A stretch of 64,000 bases of DNA from positions 160,001 through 224,000 of IMG/VR virus record IMGVR_UViG_3300035498_000877; one strand, written 5' to 3'. This DNA comes from a virus (Duplodnaviria; Caudoviricetes). The notes beneath the pieces are model-generated. The model did not search any database. It had not been told where the DNA came from and worked only from the letters and a program-made list of their open reading frames with translations. Below are positions 38,201-47,841 of this stretch, piece by piece. The first letter of the stretch is position 1, and every line of letters begins with the position of its first letter. The position numbers and the translations under genes were made by a program.

Positions 38201-41200
38201 TTGCAATATGTTGGTAATAGATCTGTTGGCGGAATGTTATCAGATGCTATTGTTGGCGTAACTGGTAAAACTTCTGAATTGACTAGTCAACTTGCTGGTG
38301 GTGGTATTAGAGCAGTTCTAGGCACAAAAGGATTTGTTACAAGACATGGATTGGAAAGCATATCAAATGTTATTGCTGGTGATACTGTTATCAGAAATGA
38401 GTTAAAAGATAGACGTAAAGCTAGAGATGCACAAGTAGATCAAGAACGTGAAGGATATAAATGGGGAAGCTTTAAAGATTGGAAAGATCAAAAATATGCT
38501 AACCGTGCTAAGAAGATGGGAGAACTTAGTGATTATCTAGCTGAGCAACAAGTTGATATGTCAGCCAATATAGCTGAGTCTAATGCAGAAATTTCTGAAC
38601 AGATAAAAGATACAAATGAAAAGATGGATTCAGTTGAAGATAATGTACAGACACTTACTGATTTAGGATCTGAAATAGGTTCTATTTATGTACATGATCA
38701 AGGAATACATGATCGTCTTGATACAATTATCAGTATAATATCTAAACATTTTGGAGTTGATGTTGAAAATAATGAAGAAATACCAGATATTATTGATATT
38801 GATGAAACAAGTGGATTTAAAGAACTTCCTGAGTTACCAGAAAGCAATACATCAATAATACCTACTGATGATGGAAATCCTAAAGATGATGTTGTTGGTT
38901 CAGCAATTACAGCTGCTTCAACACTTGCAATATCAGGTGATACAATTGAAACAGATGAATTACATGACGCAACATCAATTATTGATGAAGCAAATAAAAC
39001 TGATCCTTCAGAAGAAAAGATTACTGATGATTTGAAAGATATGATGTCAATTCAGCAGGATAAGAAGGAAGAAGAAAAAGAAGATGATGATGAGAATGAA
39101 AGTATATTCAGTAAAATACTTTCTGGAGTTAGTGGAATCGGATCTTCACTTCTAAGTGTAATTGGTAATATACCTTCAATACTTACGGCAGCTCTTGGTA
39201 TCTATGCATTAATTACTAATATTGATACAGTTGTATCAAATATATCTAGTTGGTTTAAAAAAGATACTGATGAAGATGCCCAGACAAAAGGTGCTAATGC
39301 GGTAACAGCAGTTGTTGATACACAAGCTGATAGTTTATGGGATTATGCTATTCCAGGAGCTGATTTATATCATAATGATAAAGATGCCACTGGTGAATAT
39401 ATCAGAAATGATGCAGCAACAAATCTCAAAGATGATCTACTATATGAAACTAACTTAAAGACATCATTAGCAAACTCAGCATGGAATAATCCTTCAATGA
39501 ATTCATTGAGATCTGAGATATCATTAGATAATGCAGTAAAATATGCTGAGAAAGCTGAATCAGCTAAATCTAGTATAGGTAAGAAGTATTATGAGTATAA
39601 ATCAGAGAAAGCTTTAAACAATGCTGAAAAGTATGAAGGAATGGCTAACTCTAATGAGATAAATACTGATAATCTTACTCAGAAAAAACTACAAAATCAA
39701 GCTGACAAAGCACAAGCTAAAGCTGATAAATATCAAGAAAAAGCTGATAATGCTACATCAGAGAAACAAGCTGAGAAATACCAGAAGAAAGCAGATAGTG
39801 CACAAGCTGAAGCTTCAAATCTTGAGAGTGAAAAAGAGAAGTTCTCTAATTCTACAATTGGTGGAGTTGCAACACAAGCAACAAAAGTTGGAATAACATA
39901 TCTTGGATCTAGTGCAGCTGGAGGAATCGCCAGTACGATTGCATCTAAAGCTGGTGCAAGTGAAGAAACTGCATCTACTATTGGTAATGTTACAACATCA
40001 GCTGTTACAGCAGGTGTAGTTGCTGCAGAAGGACTTGCCACAATGAAAGGCAAGACTACTGCATTGGATAAACTTGCAACAGCATTGGTAGATGGTCTTG
40101 CTAGTATATGTTCTACAATTGGAACAAAACTTGCATCTTCATCATTGGGTAAAAAATTAGGAGCTGATAAAATTAGTGATTGGATAAAAGAATTTAGTAG
40201 CAATCTTACTACTGGATTTGCATCTAAATTAACAGATACTATTCTGAAGAAGATAAATAGTGGTTTGGAAGCTGTTTCTGCAAAATTGGGTCTTGGAACA
40301 ACATTAACATTATCAACAGCCGGATTAGCTGTACTAGCTGGTGGTGCAGTAGGATTACTTAGTGGAGCTTGTACAACCCCACATCTTTTTGGTGTTGCAC
40401 CAGATGATGCTGATATATGGATGAAATTAATTTCATCTGCATTGGGAGCTGCATTTGGAGCTGCTGAAATGACACCTGCAGGATGGATATTCTGTATCAT
40501 AGATATCATCGATGAAGTTGTAAAGATGATTCCTGGTGGATTCTTTAAGTATGGTCTAAAGGGAGCACTTGCACAAGGATTATATAGCTTATGTGGTGGA
40601 TCTGAGAAACTTGAAGAGAAACAAGAGCGTATGTCAGAAATACGTGAAAATTACAATAGTACATATGGAACTAATTTGGATGAAGCAACATTCAATGATT
40701 ATGTAAACTCTTCAGGATTGTTAGACACAATATGGAATGGTACTGCCAAAATTACAGATGATAATGAATTAGTAACTGATGAAGGTGGTAAAGTTAAAAA
40801 GTCATGGGGTCTTAAGAACATCTTTGTCGGCAATGATACTGAATATGAAAAAGATGAAAATGGTAATCTTATTAAAGATTCCAATGGCAATTCTATTGTT
40901 AAGACTGATGCATATGGAAATGTACAGAAGAAGAATGCTAAAATTGTTGATACAATAAAAGATGATGCCAATTCTATTAAACGATTCTTTACTGGTGGTA
41001 CTGAATATGAGACTGATGAAAATGGTAATGTAGTTTATGATGAAAATGGTAATGCTGTTGTTGCAAAAGAAGAAAAAGGATTAGTTGGACGTATTAAAGA
41101 AAATGGTCTTAGTGCAAGTTCAATTCTTGGTGATAAGGCAATGAATAAAGCCAAAGCGAAAGCAGAAAATATGGCAGAAACCATTTCAACTATCAAAGAG

Positions 41201-44200
41201 AAAGCATCCAATGTACTTGATAATATATCAACAGGGTTATCATCTATAGGTACATCAATTTCAGATACAGCATCAAGTATAGCCGATAAAGCAACTACTG
41301 GTTTGAAAAATGTTAAAGATTCATTAGATAAGAAAACTTCTGAGATAGCTGATAAAGCATCTGAATTAGGAGATAAAGCTGTATCAGGATTAAAGAGTGC
41401 TGGTAGCAGTGTATTAAGTTTCTTTGGATTTGGAAATAAAGACTCAGAAGAAGATACTGATGAAGATGGTACTAAATTATCTGATAATGTTTCTGCATCA
41501 GCTAATACTGGTAAAGCATTTAAATCAACACTCAGTGGTTTGAATAAGATTAAATCAAAACTTCTTGGTGACTTAACTGATACTCTCGATGAATGGGAAA
41601 ATGAAGAATACGAATTAGATGAAGATGGAAATCCATTACTTGATGCTGATGGAAACAAGATAAAGAAAGGCGGTATATCTACAGCTATTAAATCATCAGC
41701 AGCTAAGATTACAAAATCAACATTATCTAAAGCAACAGATGCACTTGATAGTGTCAAGAGTGGTCTTGGAAGCTTATGGAACTCTATCAAAGATAAAGTA
41801 TTCAATACATCTAAAGATAGCAATGATACTACTGATGTAGCAATTGGTGGTCCAGAGGTATCTAATTATGATGATTCAGATGAAGCTGGTGCTGAAGCAT
41901 TTAGAGAATATCAGGATAAAAAACAAAGACAGAAGTATTATGAGAATAAAAATAAAAGTACTAACTATGATGATTCTGATGAAGCATTATTTGAATATCA
42001 ACAGGAACAACGAGCTGAAAATTATGCTAATTCTAAAGTTGCTGGTGGTAATCCATTATCACAAAACTATGATATTACTAGTGGATATGGTCAAAGAAAT
42101 ATCTCAGGTATTGAAGGAATGGGATCAATGCATTATGGAGTTGATTTACAACCAGTTGATTCATCACAAATTACTTGGGTTAAATCAACATATCCTGGAA
42201 CTATCATTGATGTTAAATCAGATGTACCAGATACTGATACAGCTGAAAAGACAGATAGTGGATGGAAATATAGTGGTAACAATAGCAGTGGTAACTATGT
42301 TAAGTATCAAACTGAAGATGGACAAATAATTGAAAATATGCATCTTAAACAAGGATCTATTCCTGGAAGTATATTTAAGGGTATGCATATTAATGCTGGC
42401 ACTGATCTTGGACAAGTTGGTTCTACTGGATTTTCAACTGCACCACATTTACATTATGCAATTAAAGATGAGAATGGTACATATAAAGATCCTACATCAT
42501 CATTGAACTCATCTAATCCAGTCGATAATTCAGTAAAGAATGAGGTACTAAATGATAGTACATCATCAGCTCAAGAGTATAATTCACAATATTCATCTGG
42601 CGATTATTCTTCATCAAGTAGTGATAGTAGTTCTAGTGGTATTAGTGGATTTATATCAAAACTACTTAGTCTTGGAAAACAATTTATATCAAAACTTACT
42701 GGTGGACTTATTGGTAGTGATGATAGTGACAGTAATAGTAGTATTGATTCTTCATCAAGTTATTCATCAGATAATGGTAATTATACATCATATGATTCAG
42801 TAGAATTAACAACAACTCCAAATACTAAGTGGGTAGAAATAGTTAGAGATGTAAAGAAAGCTGTAGCAGCATATCAACCAACATATTATACAGATGCAGG
42901 TTCTGAAAAATACGTTAATGTTACTGCGAACAATAAGACATACAAAACACGTGTTGACTGCTCAGGTATTATTGCAACAATGCTTAAGATTTATGGTGTG
43001 TTGGGAGACAGTGTTAATGTTACTTCAAGTTCATTATTAAGTAATAATTGCATACCAAGTGGATTTACACAGGTATCTTGGCCAGGTTGGGATAAGCTAG
43101 TTGAGGGTGATATAATGGCTAGATCTGGACATACAGAAATATTTGCTTATAATGATGGATCTAAACATTATGTTTATAATGGTGGATCTACAAAAGCTCT
43201 TAGAGCTGCTGGAGCTACAGTAAGTGGAGGTAGCCCATTTACAGTTATATGGAGATGTAATGAGGTTGGCTCATCAATTGGAACCGATGGATCATCATTA
43301 GTATCATCTGATGCTGTTAATAATAATCTAAGCGGTGGTGGAACAGTTTCATCTGCTTCAGAACAGCAAGTATGGTCAGAACTTGATAAGCTTGGTTATA
43401 ATGATACAGCTAAAGCCGGTATTATGGGCGTATGGTCATCTGAAACAAATAACAGAAATGATAGAATTGAAGGTGATTATCTTAAATCATTCCCTGGCTT
43501 CGATACAGTTACTACAGATAATACAGCTCTTAATGATTATACTCAGAATAAATTATTTGGAGCATATGCAAAATCAGGATTATCAATTAATAAATCAGCA
43601 TATAAAGGATCTGATGGAAACTTATATCCTGGATTCGGTATTGCACAATGGACTGGACCTAGAGCTGAGAATTTATTTAAATATACAAGCAATAAAGGAG
43701 AAAGCTGGAAGAGTCTAAAAGGTCAGATGGATTTCTTCAATAATGAAATGTCAACTAATGTTCGTGGGGTTACACAATCTGATATGAATTCACAAAAATC
43801 ACCATCAGATGCAGCTAAATTATTTGCCAATAAATTTGAGGGTACAAGCAAGAGTGATTGGATTTCACAACGTCAAGCAAATGCTAATCGTATTTATAAT
43901 AGTTTGGCAGGTTCAACATCTAATGGAGATAGTACAACAGCACTTGGTGGACCTATCCAGAATAATGCACCAATTGAAATTACTGAAGATAGTGGAATCC
44001 AGATTTCAGCTCCTGATGCTAAGAAATCTAGAAAAAAGAAGATTGATGATAACAAGATAATTGACATGAATAGAGTTTTACAAAATAGGAATAAATCATC
44101 TAAACAAGATGAAGGTTCTAGTTCTGATGGAACTACTTCTAAACGTGGAGTTGGTGGACCAAAGATTGATACAAATGCTATACCAGATAAATCTGAACTT

Positions 44201-44620
44201 AAACTAGACAAAATTTGTATAGGAGGTCCTTCAAGTAATATTGGAAATACATCAACATATACTAAATCAACTACTACATCAGCAAATAAGAAGACAACAT
44301 CAAGTAACTCTAATATTGTAAACTTTAGTAATAGATCAACAAACAATACATCATCTTCTAATAATACATCTTCAGATAATATTAATATTAATACAACTGA
44401 AATTGTTGAAGTATTACAAAAGATGATTGTTGTATTACAGTCTATTGATGGTAATACATCTAAATCAAATACTTTGTTGAACAATTTAGGAACTGGAACT
44501 AATGGAACAACTTCTTCTAGTACTAGTTCTAGAACTGTAAAGAATTCATCAAAAGCATATAGTTCAATAAAGAACTCATCTAACAATAGTAGAATGATAA
44601 CTTCAATGGCAAGACCTTAA
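35246..44620 (+). CDS. tape-measure-like virion protein with C-terminal peptidoglycan hydrolases (M23 peptidase, NlpC/P60-like, phage tail lysozyme)
   Basis: Helical Gly/Ala-rich body with TM-like segments; HYGVD...MHL...APHLHY (M23); RVDCSG...GHTEI (NlpC/P60-like); KAGIMG..E...GFGIAQWTGPR (tail lysozyme). Confidence 0.85.
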   Translation: MSASISTKKEKSSSITKLAPIGSMLKEVGIDYIKEVAPTSSSIAGEVNRAGTEVAKTIAITNKDIQQKVKNFKLQNVYKSIRGWFDNELDQYRAADEMNNFDDYNFDFDDGESSNSNISMAEVEVDTATQNANKISRAITETSSHLMEAQIASVANVNTAIDNQTKIITAGFDKLNGNVEKLMEIMTTNTAATIESTLAAAVAATESESKNIDGTDMLSNGKFNASEYVKMVTQNIENTTPVIMFNTFKNLMKNNMVGVSDVLSMGLKKVMDETKIGSGIQEGIKALDESLNDTLLSAAVTLGNDTGYGIGSQFKKLFGIDTSRKNVSMVKEPLKLQSVAWDSISKEALVNTIPGYLRKILKAVGGEDVIYDYKGRGFKTEKQVQQQFDRIVNRTGNLYSASDNIRKAFGNSTDSFTLMAYDMMINDLGERSGKYGKSMNDTIMSFSDKNKAENYVLNDLFQGQLTEADADKAKKFAESLSKMEKGYGWEELQMQAAKQNVNRNRTVAEYKRNANLYNLDMSAVSDDFKNQQRYIQDQYNILPEKSKIQNESATIVSADLFTSGVDYTNKALYEIFRRLDTGINVFKVGESNIQTEKFEEFGDDKLPPPKNYIPKHLIPNTSIGTTASTIAGSIPPRSEEDNLLKNNVDEETGETENLTRGERFKRWAHKRGGDFKSAVFAGDKNQIRQVVRDTVGDMSDIATDYVKKGAGKVNDAFGNVSGYLKHKMFGTGYSYTSRDENGNPKTVNIGKNEKGGILGFVTDNIKESFSNIKAKGSKWLNDVKGYFDYGPTNSNDPEDKKIATKRKAFMGTTIGAMAGGGILGGPIGMLMGAIGGAALSVGGVDIKSKLFGIDKKTGKPTGFVSKIADKIVSPFQYQMEKTFNFIGGSLKKNLIGPISDIGYTIKRKFVDKVEEKAKGFGAFIKREVKAGIKGIFGLISLPFKGLSFLGKKAKEGIGSLGEKISGATEDSTSIKGKVANKVGQGLQYVGNRSVGGMLSDAIVGVTGKTSELTSQLAGGGIRAVLGTKGFVTRHGLESISNVIAGDTVIRNELKDRRKARDAQVDQEREGYKWGSFKDWKDQKYANRAKKMGELSDYLAEQQVDMSANIAESNAEISEQIKDTNEKMDSVEDNVQTLTDLGSEIGSIYVHDQGIHDRLDTIISIISKHFGVDVENNEEIPDIIDIDETSGFKELPELPESNTSIIPTDDGNPKDDVVGSAITAASTLAISGDTIETDELHDATSIIDEANKTDPSEEKITDDLKDMMSIQQDKKEEEKEDDDENESIFSKILSGVSGIGSSLLSVIGNIPSILTAALGIYALITNIDTVVSNISSWFKKDTDEDAQTKGANAVTAVVDTQADSLWDYAIPGADLYHNDKDATGEYIRNDAATNLKDDLLYETNLKTSLANSAWNNPSMNSLRSEISLDNAVKYAEKAESAKSSIGKKYYEYKSEKALNNAEKYEGMANSNEINTDNLTQKKLQNQADKAQAKADKYQEKADNATSEKQAEKYQKKADSAQAEASNLESEKEKFSNSTIGGVATQATKVGITYLGSSAAGGIASTIASKAGASEETASTIGNVTTSAVTAGVVAAEGLATMKGKTTALDKLATALVDGLASICSTIGTKLASSSLGKKLGADKISDWIKEFSSNLTTGFASKLTDTILKKINSGLEAVSAKLGLGTTLTLSTAGLAVLAGGAVGLLSGACTTPHLFGVAPDDADIWMKLISSALGAAFGAAEMTPAGWIFCIIDIIDEVVKMIPGGFFKYGLKGALAQGLYSLCGGSEKLEEKQERMSEIRENYNSTYGTNLDEATFNDYVNSSGLLDTIWNGTAKITDDNELVTDEGGKVKKSWGLKNIFVGNDTEYEKDENGNLIKDSNGNSIVKTDAYGNVQKKNAKIVDTIKDDANSIKRFFTGGTEYETDENGNVVYDENGNAVVAKEEKGLVGRIKENGLSASSILGDKAMNKAKAKAENMAETISTIKEKASNVLDNISTGLSSIGTSISDTASSIADKATTGLKNVKDSLDKKTSEIADKASELGDKAVSGLKSAGSSVLSFFGFGNKDSEEDTDEDGTKLSDNVSASANTGKAFKSTLSGLNKIKSKLLGDLTDTLDEWENEEYELDEDGNPLLDADGNKIKKGGISTAIKSSAAKITKSTLSKATDALDSVKSGLGSLWNSIKDKVFNTSKDSNDTTDVAIGGPEVSNYDDSDEAGAEAFREYQDKKQRQKYYENKNKSTNYDDSDEALFEYQQEQRAENYANSKVAGGNPLSQNYDITSGYGQRNISGIEGMGSMHYGVDLQPVDSSQITWVKSTYPGTIIDVKSDVPDTDTAEKTDSGWKYSGNNSSGNYVKYQTEDGQIIENMHLKQGSIPGSIFKGMHINAGTDLGQVGSTGFSTAPHLHYAIKDENGTYKDPTSSLNSSNPVDNSVKNEVLNDSTSSAQEYNSQYSSGDYSSSSSDSSSSGISGFISKLLSLGKQFISKLTGGLIGSDDSDSNSSIDSSSSYSSDNGNYTSYDSVELTTTPNTKWVEIVRDVKKAVAAYQPTYYTDAGSEKYVNVTANNKTYKTRVDCSGIIATMLKIYGVLGDSVNVTSSSLLSNNCIPSGFTQVSWPGWDKLVEGDIMARSGHTEIFAYNDGSKHYVYNGGSTKALRAAGATVSGGSPFTVIWRCNEVGSSIGTDGSSLVSSDAVNNNLSGGGTVSSASEQQVWSELDKLGYNDTAKAGIMGVWSSETNNRNDRIEGDYLKSFPGFDTVTTDNTALNDYTQNKLFGAYAKSGLSINKSAYKGSDGNLYPGFGIAQWTGPRAENLFKYTSNKGESWKSLKGQMDFFNNEMSTNVRGVTQSDMNSQKSPSDAAKLFANKFEGTSKSDWISQRQANANRIYNSLAGSTSNGDSTTALGGPIQNNAPIEITEDSGIQISAPDAKKSRKKKIDDNKIIDMNRVLQNRNKSSKQDEGSSSDGTTSKRGVGGPKIDTNAIPDKSELKLDKICIGGPSSNIGNTSTYTKSTTTSANKKTTSSNSNIVNFSNRSTNNTSSSNNTSSDNININTTEIVEVLQKMIVVLQSIDGNTSKSNTLLNNLGTGTNGTTSSSTSSRTVKNSSKAYSSIKNSSNNSRMITSMARP

Positions 44621-44941
44621 TACAAATAAGAGGGAGAGGATAGTCCTCTCCCTCTATATTTTATTTTTAATTATATATTATAAATATAATATGATAAATG
44701 ATTTTTAAGTTAAAAGTAATGATATTAATTCCAAGTTTGATGGTATTGAGAAAACCGATATATTTCTCCTACAATAACCAATAGTGGTGTAGTAAATCTC
44801 GTGACAGCGGCTAATCTGTATATATCATTATACCGAAATATTTTTGTAACTTGATAACAATACTTATTGAACGGAATAATTACATAACCTGCAATATGTG
44901 ATTATCAAAAAATATTATAATATAAGGAGATTATAAAGAGA

Positions 44942-46141
44942 ATGATTTTAGTATTCGACCAGCAGTGTATGGATAAACATCATACAACTAAAGAAGAACT
45001 AACATCAATGTGTAAATCTGGTGTAAGAAATATTCCAAGAGAATTTTATGACAGAACAGGATTTACTCGAGATGAATTGATTATGTATCATCATATGATA
45101 ATGGCTAAGAATATTGCTGAAGAAAAAGCTAGAGAGAAAGCTGCTAAAGAAGTAAAACGTAAAGAGAAAGAAATTGCTAAAGAAAATGAGGAAAAGCGTA
45201 AAGAAAAAGAGAGATTAGAATCAGAGTATAGGGAATATAAAATAAGGCATGCTAATAAACCACCTCAGCCTTTTACTCTTGAAGAATATCGTAAGTGGAA
45301 CCCGAATCCACAAATACCAAAACCAATTCCAATGTCTCAATCTAGGATACCAGAAATAAGAGCATTAGCAGCTCAACTTGCTGAAGAAGATGATGAGGAT
45401 CAGGATGATTTGATCAAGCATAATTTCTTTGATGAAGATGATGAGGATGAAGATGATGAAATAACAATTGACTTATCAGAAAATACTGAAATATTTGGTG
45501 ATGGATATGATTTTGAAATCATTGATGATGAGCCAAAATCTAAGAAGAAAAAGAAACATAAGAAAGAATCTAATATAAAGAAGTCATCTAAGAAGTCAAA
45601 GACTGAAAAAGTACAGAAACAATCAGAATTAAAGAAATTTGATATATTGCAGAAAATGGAGAGTACAAACATATTTGAGAAGAAAGCTGTAAAAGTTGAT
45701 AAGGTTGAGGAGTCAGTAGAGCAGCCAAAGTATCGTGAAAGTGATAAGAGATTATTAGAAGCTGGAATGAAAATGAATATAAGAAAGAAGGAGAAATTGT
45801 ATAAGAAGCTTCGAGATCTGGATCCAATTGATAAGAAAGATGTTCATAAGATTAATGATATATCAAAGAAGATATCTAAATGTAACAATAATATTGAAGT
45901 TATCGAAAATGAAATTGGAACTTCCGAGAAATCAATGAAAGAAGAACTCGATTATGAATTACATGGAAGCAGATGGGATCGATTCAAGAAAGAGTTCAAG
46001 AAAACTGCAAAAGCAGTTGGAAAATCAGTTTATAAATTCACTAAGAGATGGGGCGGTGTTTTGATACAAGCAGCTGCAACTATTGTTTCAGCTATAGCAA
46101 TATGCAAAGGTGGTGCTGCATTAGTACCGCAAGGATCATGA
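44942..46141 (+). CDS. highly charged protein with acidic and Lys-rich tracts and a C-terminal amphipathic/TM anchor
   Basis: RBS TAAGGAG; DEDDEDEDDE, KSKKKKKHKK, and a hydrophobic C-terminus. Confidence 0.8.
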   Translation: MILVFDQQCMDKHHTTKEELTSMCKSGVRNIPREFYDRTGFTRDELIMYHHMIMAKNIAEEKAREKAAKEVKRKEKEIAKENEEKRKEKERLESEYREYKIRHANKPPQPFTLEEYRKWNPNPQIPKPIPMSQSRIPEIRALAAQLAEEDDEDQDDLIKHNFFDEDDEDEDDEITIDLSENTEIFGDGYDFEIIDDEPKSKKKKKHKKESNIKKSSKKSKTEKVQKQSELKKFDILQKMESTNIFEKKAVKVDKVEESVEQPKYRESDKRLLEAGMKMNIRKKEKLYKKLRDLDPIDKKDVHKINDISKKISKCNNNIEVIENEIGTSEKSMKEELDYELHGSRWDRFKKEFKKTAKAVGKSVYKFTKRWGGVLIQAAATIVSAIAICKGGAALVPQGS

Positions 46142-46212
46142 TAAAGGTAGAAGATATGAATACGGAATGATTTGCAGGGCATCTGTATCACGTATCTTCT
46201 ACCAATACTCAC

Positions 46213-47469
46213 TTATTTAAAAATTTTTCTAGCTAATATAATCATTTCTTTAAACATGAAATCTATAATCTCATCGTTTATTTTACCAATATAAGCTTCG
46301 ATATTATTATAGTTAATAGATATTATACATCGCGAAGTATATAAAGATGGGAGTAATGAAAACTGTAATGTTTGATCAACATTTTCTTTATTTTTTGATA
46401 ATAATGAAATTGTATTTAGTGTAGCTTGATTACATTCAGCAATGCGAGTTCTATATCCATCAATTCTATTCAAATCATTTTGATTTCCCTCTACATCATC
46501 TTCATCATGATATGGGAAAGTAAAATCATTAAATCTAATTCCATCAGATATAATAGTACTAATGGATGAATTATAAGATATATGAAGTTCATCATCACTA
46601 TAAATATTCTGAAGTACTTGCATATATTCAATTGGAAGTCTTACTGCAAAATCTACATACAATGGACTATTGATAGATTTTATCATTTTAATTCCACTTT
46701 CTATTGATTCCTTTTTAGAATTGAATAATACAAATCTTCTTTCTCCATGTGATACTGGATCATATTTGTGCCATCCAACTAATCCAATCTGATACAATGT
46801 AGGTGAAGTCTCTTGAGTTGGTAATGGAGAAAACTTAACAATGTTTAGATATTGATCATATTTAGGACTGTAATTGATCACAGTAGTTACTTTATAGAAT
46901 AATAACTCTAATACCCTAATTAATTCTGGAGTTTCCTCAGTAGATATCATATTCAATGAATTAGGATAATTAGAATTGAATAATTTTGCATCTTCACCTT
47001 CACCTAATGATGTAACAATATCGACAAATGAAACAGGTATCTGAACAATAAACTTTCTACTTATCATAGGTAAAAATAAACGCAATGATGATGGATTAAT
47101 AATGTCATCATCTGTCTTCATTTGTAATGTCAAATTAATAAAACTTTCAATAGCTGTTTCTGCAGCTTCGTATCCTTTACATATTAATTCATCTTTATCA
47201 TCATAAAGATCAACATTAAATGCATTCATGAGTTCTTTTCTGGTAGGTATAGATGCTTGTGTAGAATTAACTATTCTAAGCTTTTCTCTATAAGTTTGAG
47301 TTAATCTAAATAGCTCGAAGAAATTTACGTCTGAATATTCTACTTCATAACATAAGTCATCATTGATAATTGCTTGAAGTTGTGGCTCTGATTTGATATC
47401 AGCACCAGCATTAATGGCCCACATTAATATATTATGTGTGCCAGTTTCAGTAACTTTTTGTATTTTCAT
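46213..47469 (-). CDS. hypothetical protein, possibly a degenerate tandem ThyX-fold
   Basis: RBS AGGAGG; two LRLFLP/QFSLLP segments reminiscent of the ThyX ARYxLP motif; no RHR motif. Confidence 0.35.
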   Translation of the reverse strand: MKIQKVTETGTHNILMWAINAGADIKSEPQLQAIINDDLCYEVEYSDVNFFELFRLTQTYREKLRIVNSTQASIPTRKELMNAFNVDLYDDKDELICKGYEAAETAIESFINLTLQMKTDDDIINPSSLRLFLPMISRKFIVQIPVSFVDIVTSLGEGEDAKLFNSNYPNSLNMISTEETPELIRVLELLFYKVTTVINYSPKYDQYLNIVKFSPLPTQETSPTLYQIGLVGWHKYDPVSHGERRFVLFNSKKESIESGIKMIKSINSPLYVDFAVRLPIEYMQVLQNIYSDDELHISYNSSISTIISDGIRFNDFTFPYHDEDDVEGNQNDLNRIDGYRTRIAECNQATLNTISLLSKNKENVDQTLQFSLLPSLYTSRCIISINYNNIEAYIGKINDEIIDFMFKEMIILARKIFK

Positions 47470-47550
47470 TTAATATCCTCCTATTTTAAGTTATATATTA
47501 TTTATATATCGAGAGGAAATAATGATTTTATTCTAGGAGGTGATCATATC

Positions 47551-47808
47551 ATGAAAGGATATGGATTAGATAATGATGTATTTTCAGTTGATAATGTAAC
47601 AAAAGCAGATATGAAGATATTAGCTGAAAGTATAGCAGAATATTTGGATATATTCCAAAATGTCATGGTAATTCCTGAAGATTTAAAAGATGAATATGAA
47701 GATAAAATAAAGGAGGGCATAAAAAGAACAGAGAAACTTATAAAGAAACTTGAAAAAGGTGATAAGTCTGTATTTAAAGATCCAGATGATGTTGAGCCAA
47801 TATGGTAA
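47551..47808 (+). CDS. hypothetical protein (85 aa)
   Basis: Start MKGYGL after AGGAGGTG; TATATATT promoter at 47492. Confidence 0.75.
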   Translation: MKGYGLDNDVFSVDNVTKADMKILAESIAEYLDIFQNVMVIPEDLKDEYEDKIKEGIKRTEKLIKKLEKGDKSVFKDPDDVEPIW

Positions 47809-47841
47809 TTAAAAATAATTATAAAGGAGGATTGCTTTAAA

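Noticed and set aside
35734-44586. Long antisense ORFs inside the tape-measure gene (39733-40509, 41035-41823, 43894-44586) and similar shadow ORFs elsewhere
   Set aside because: They have no RBS, and their composition is the mirror of the sense-strand codon bias.
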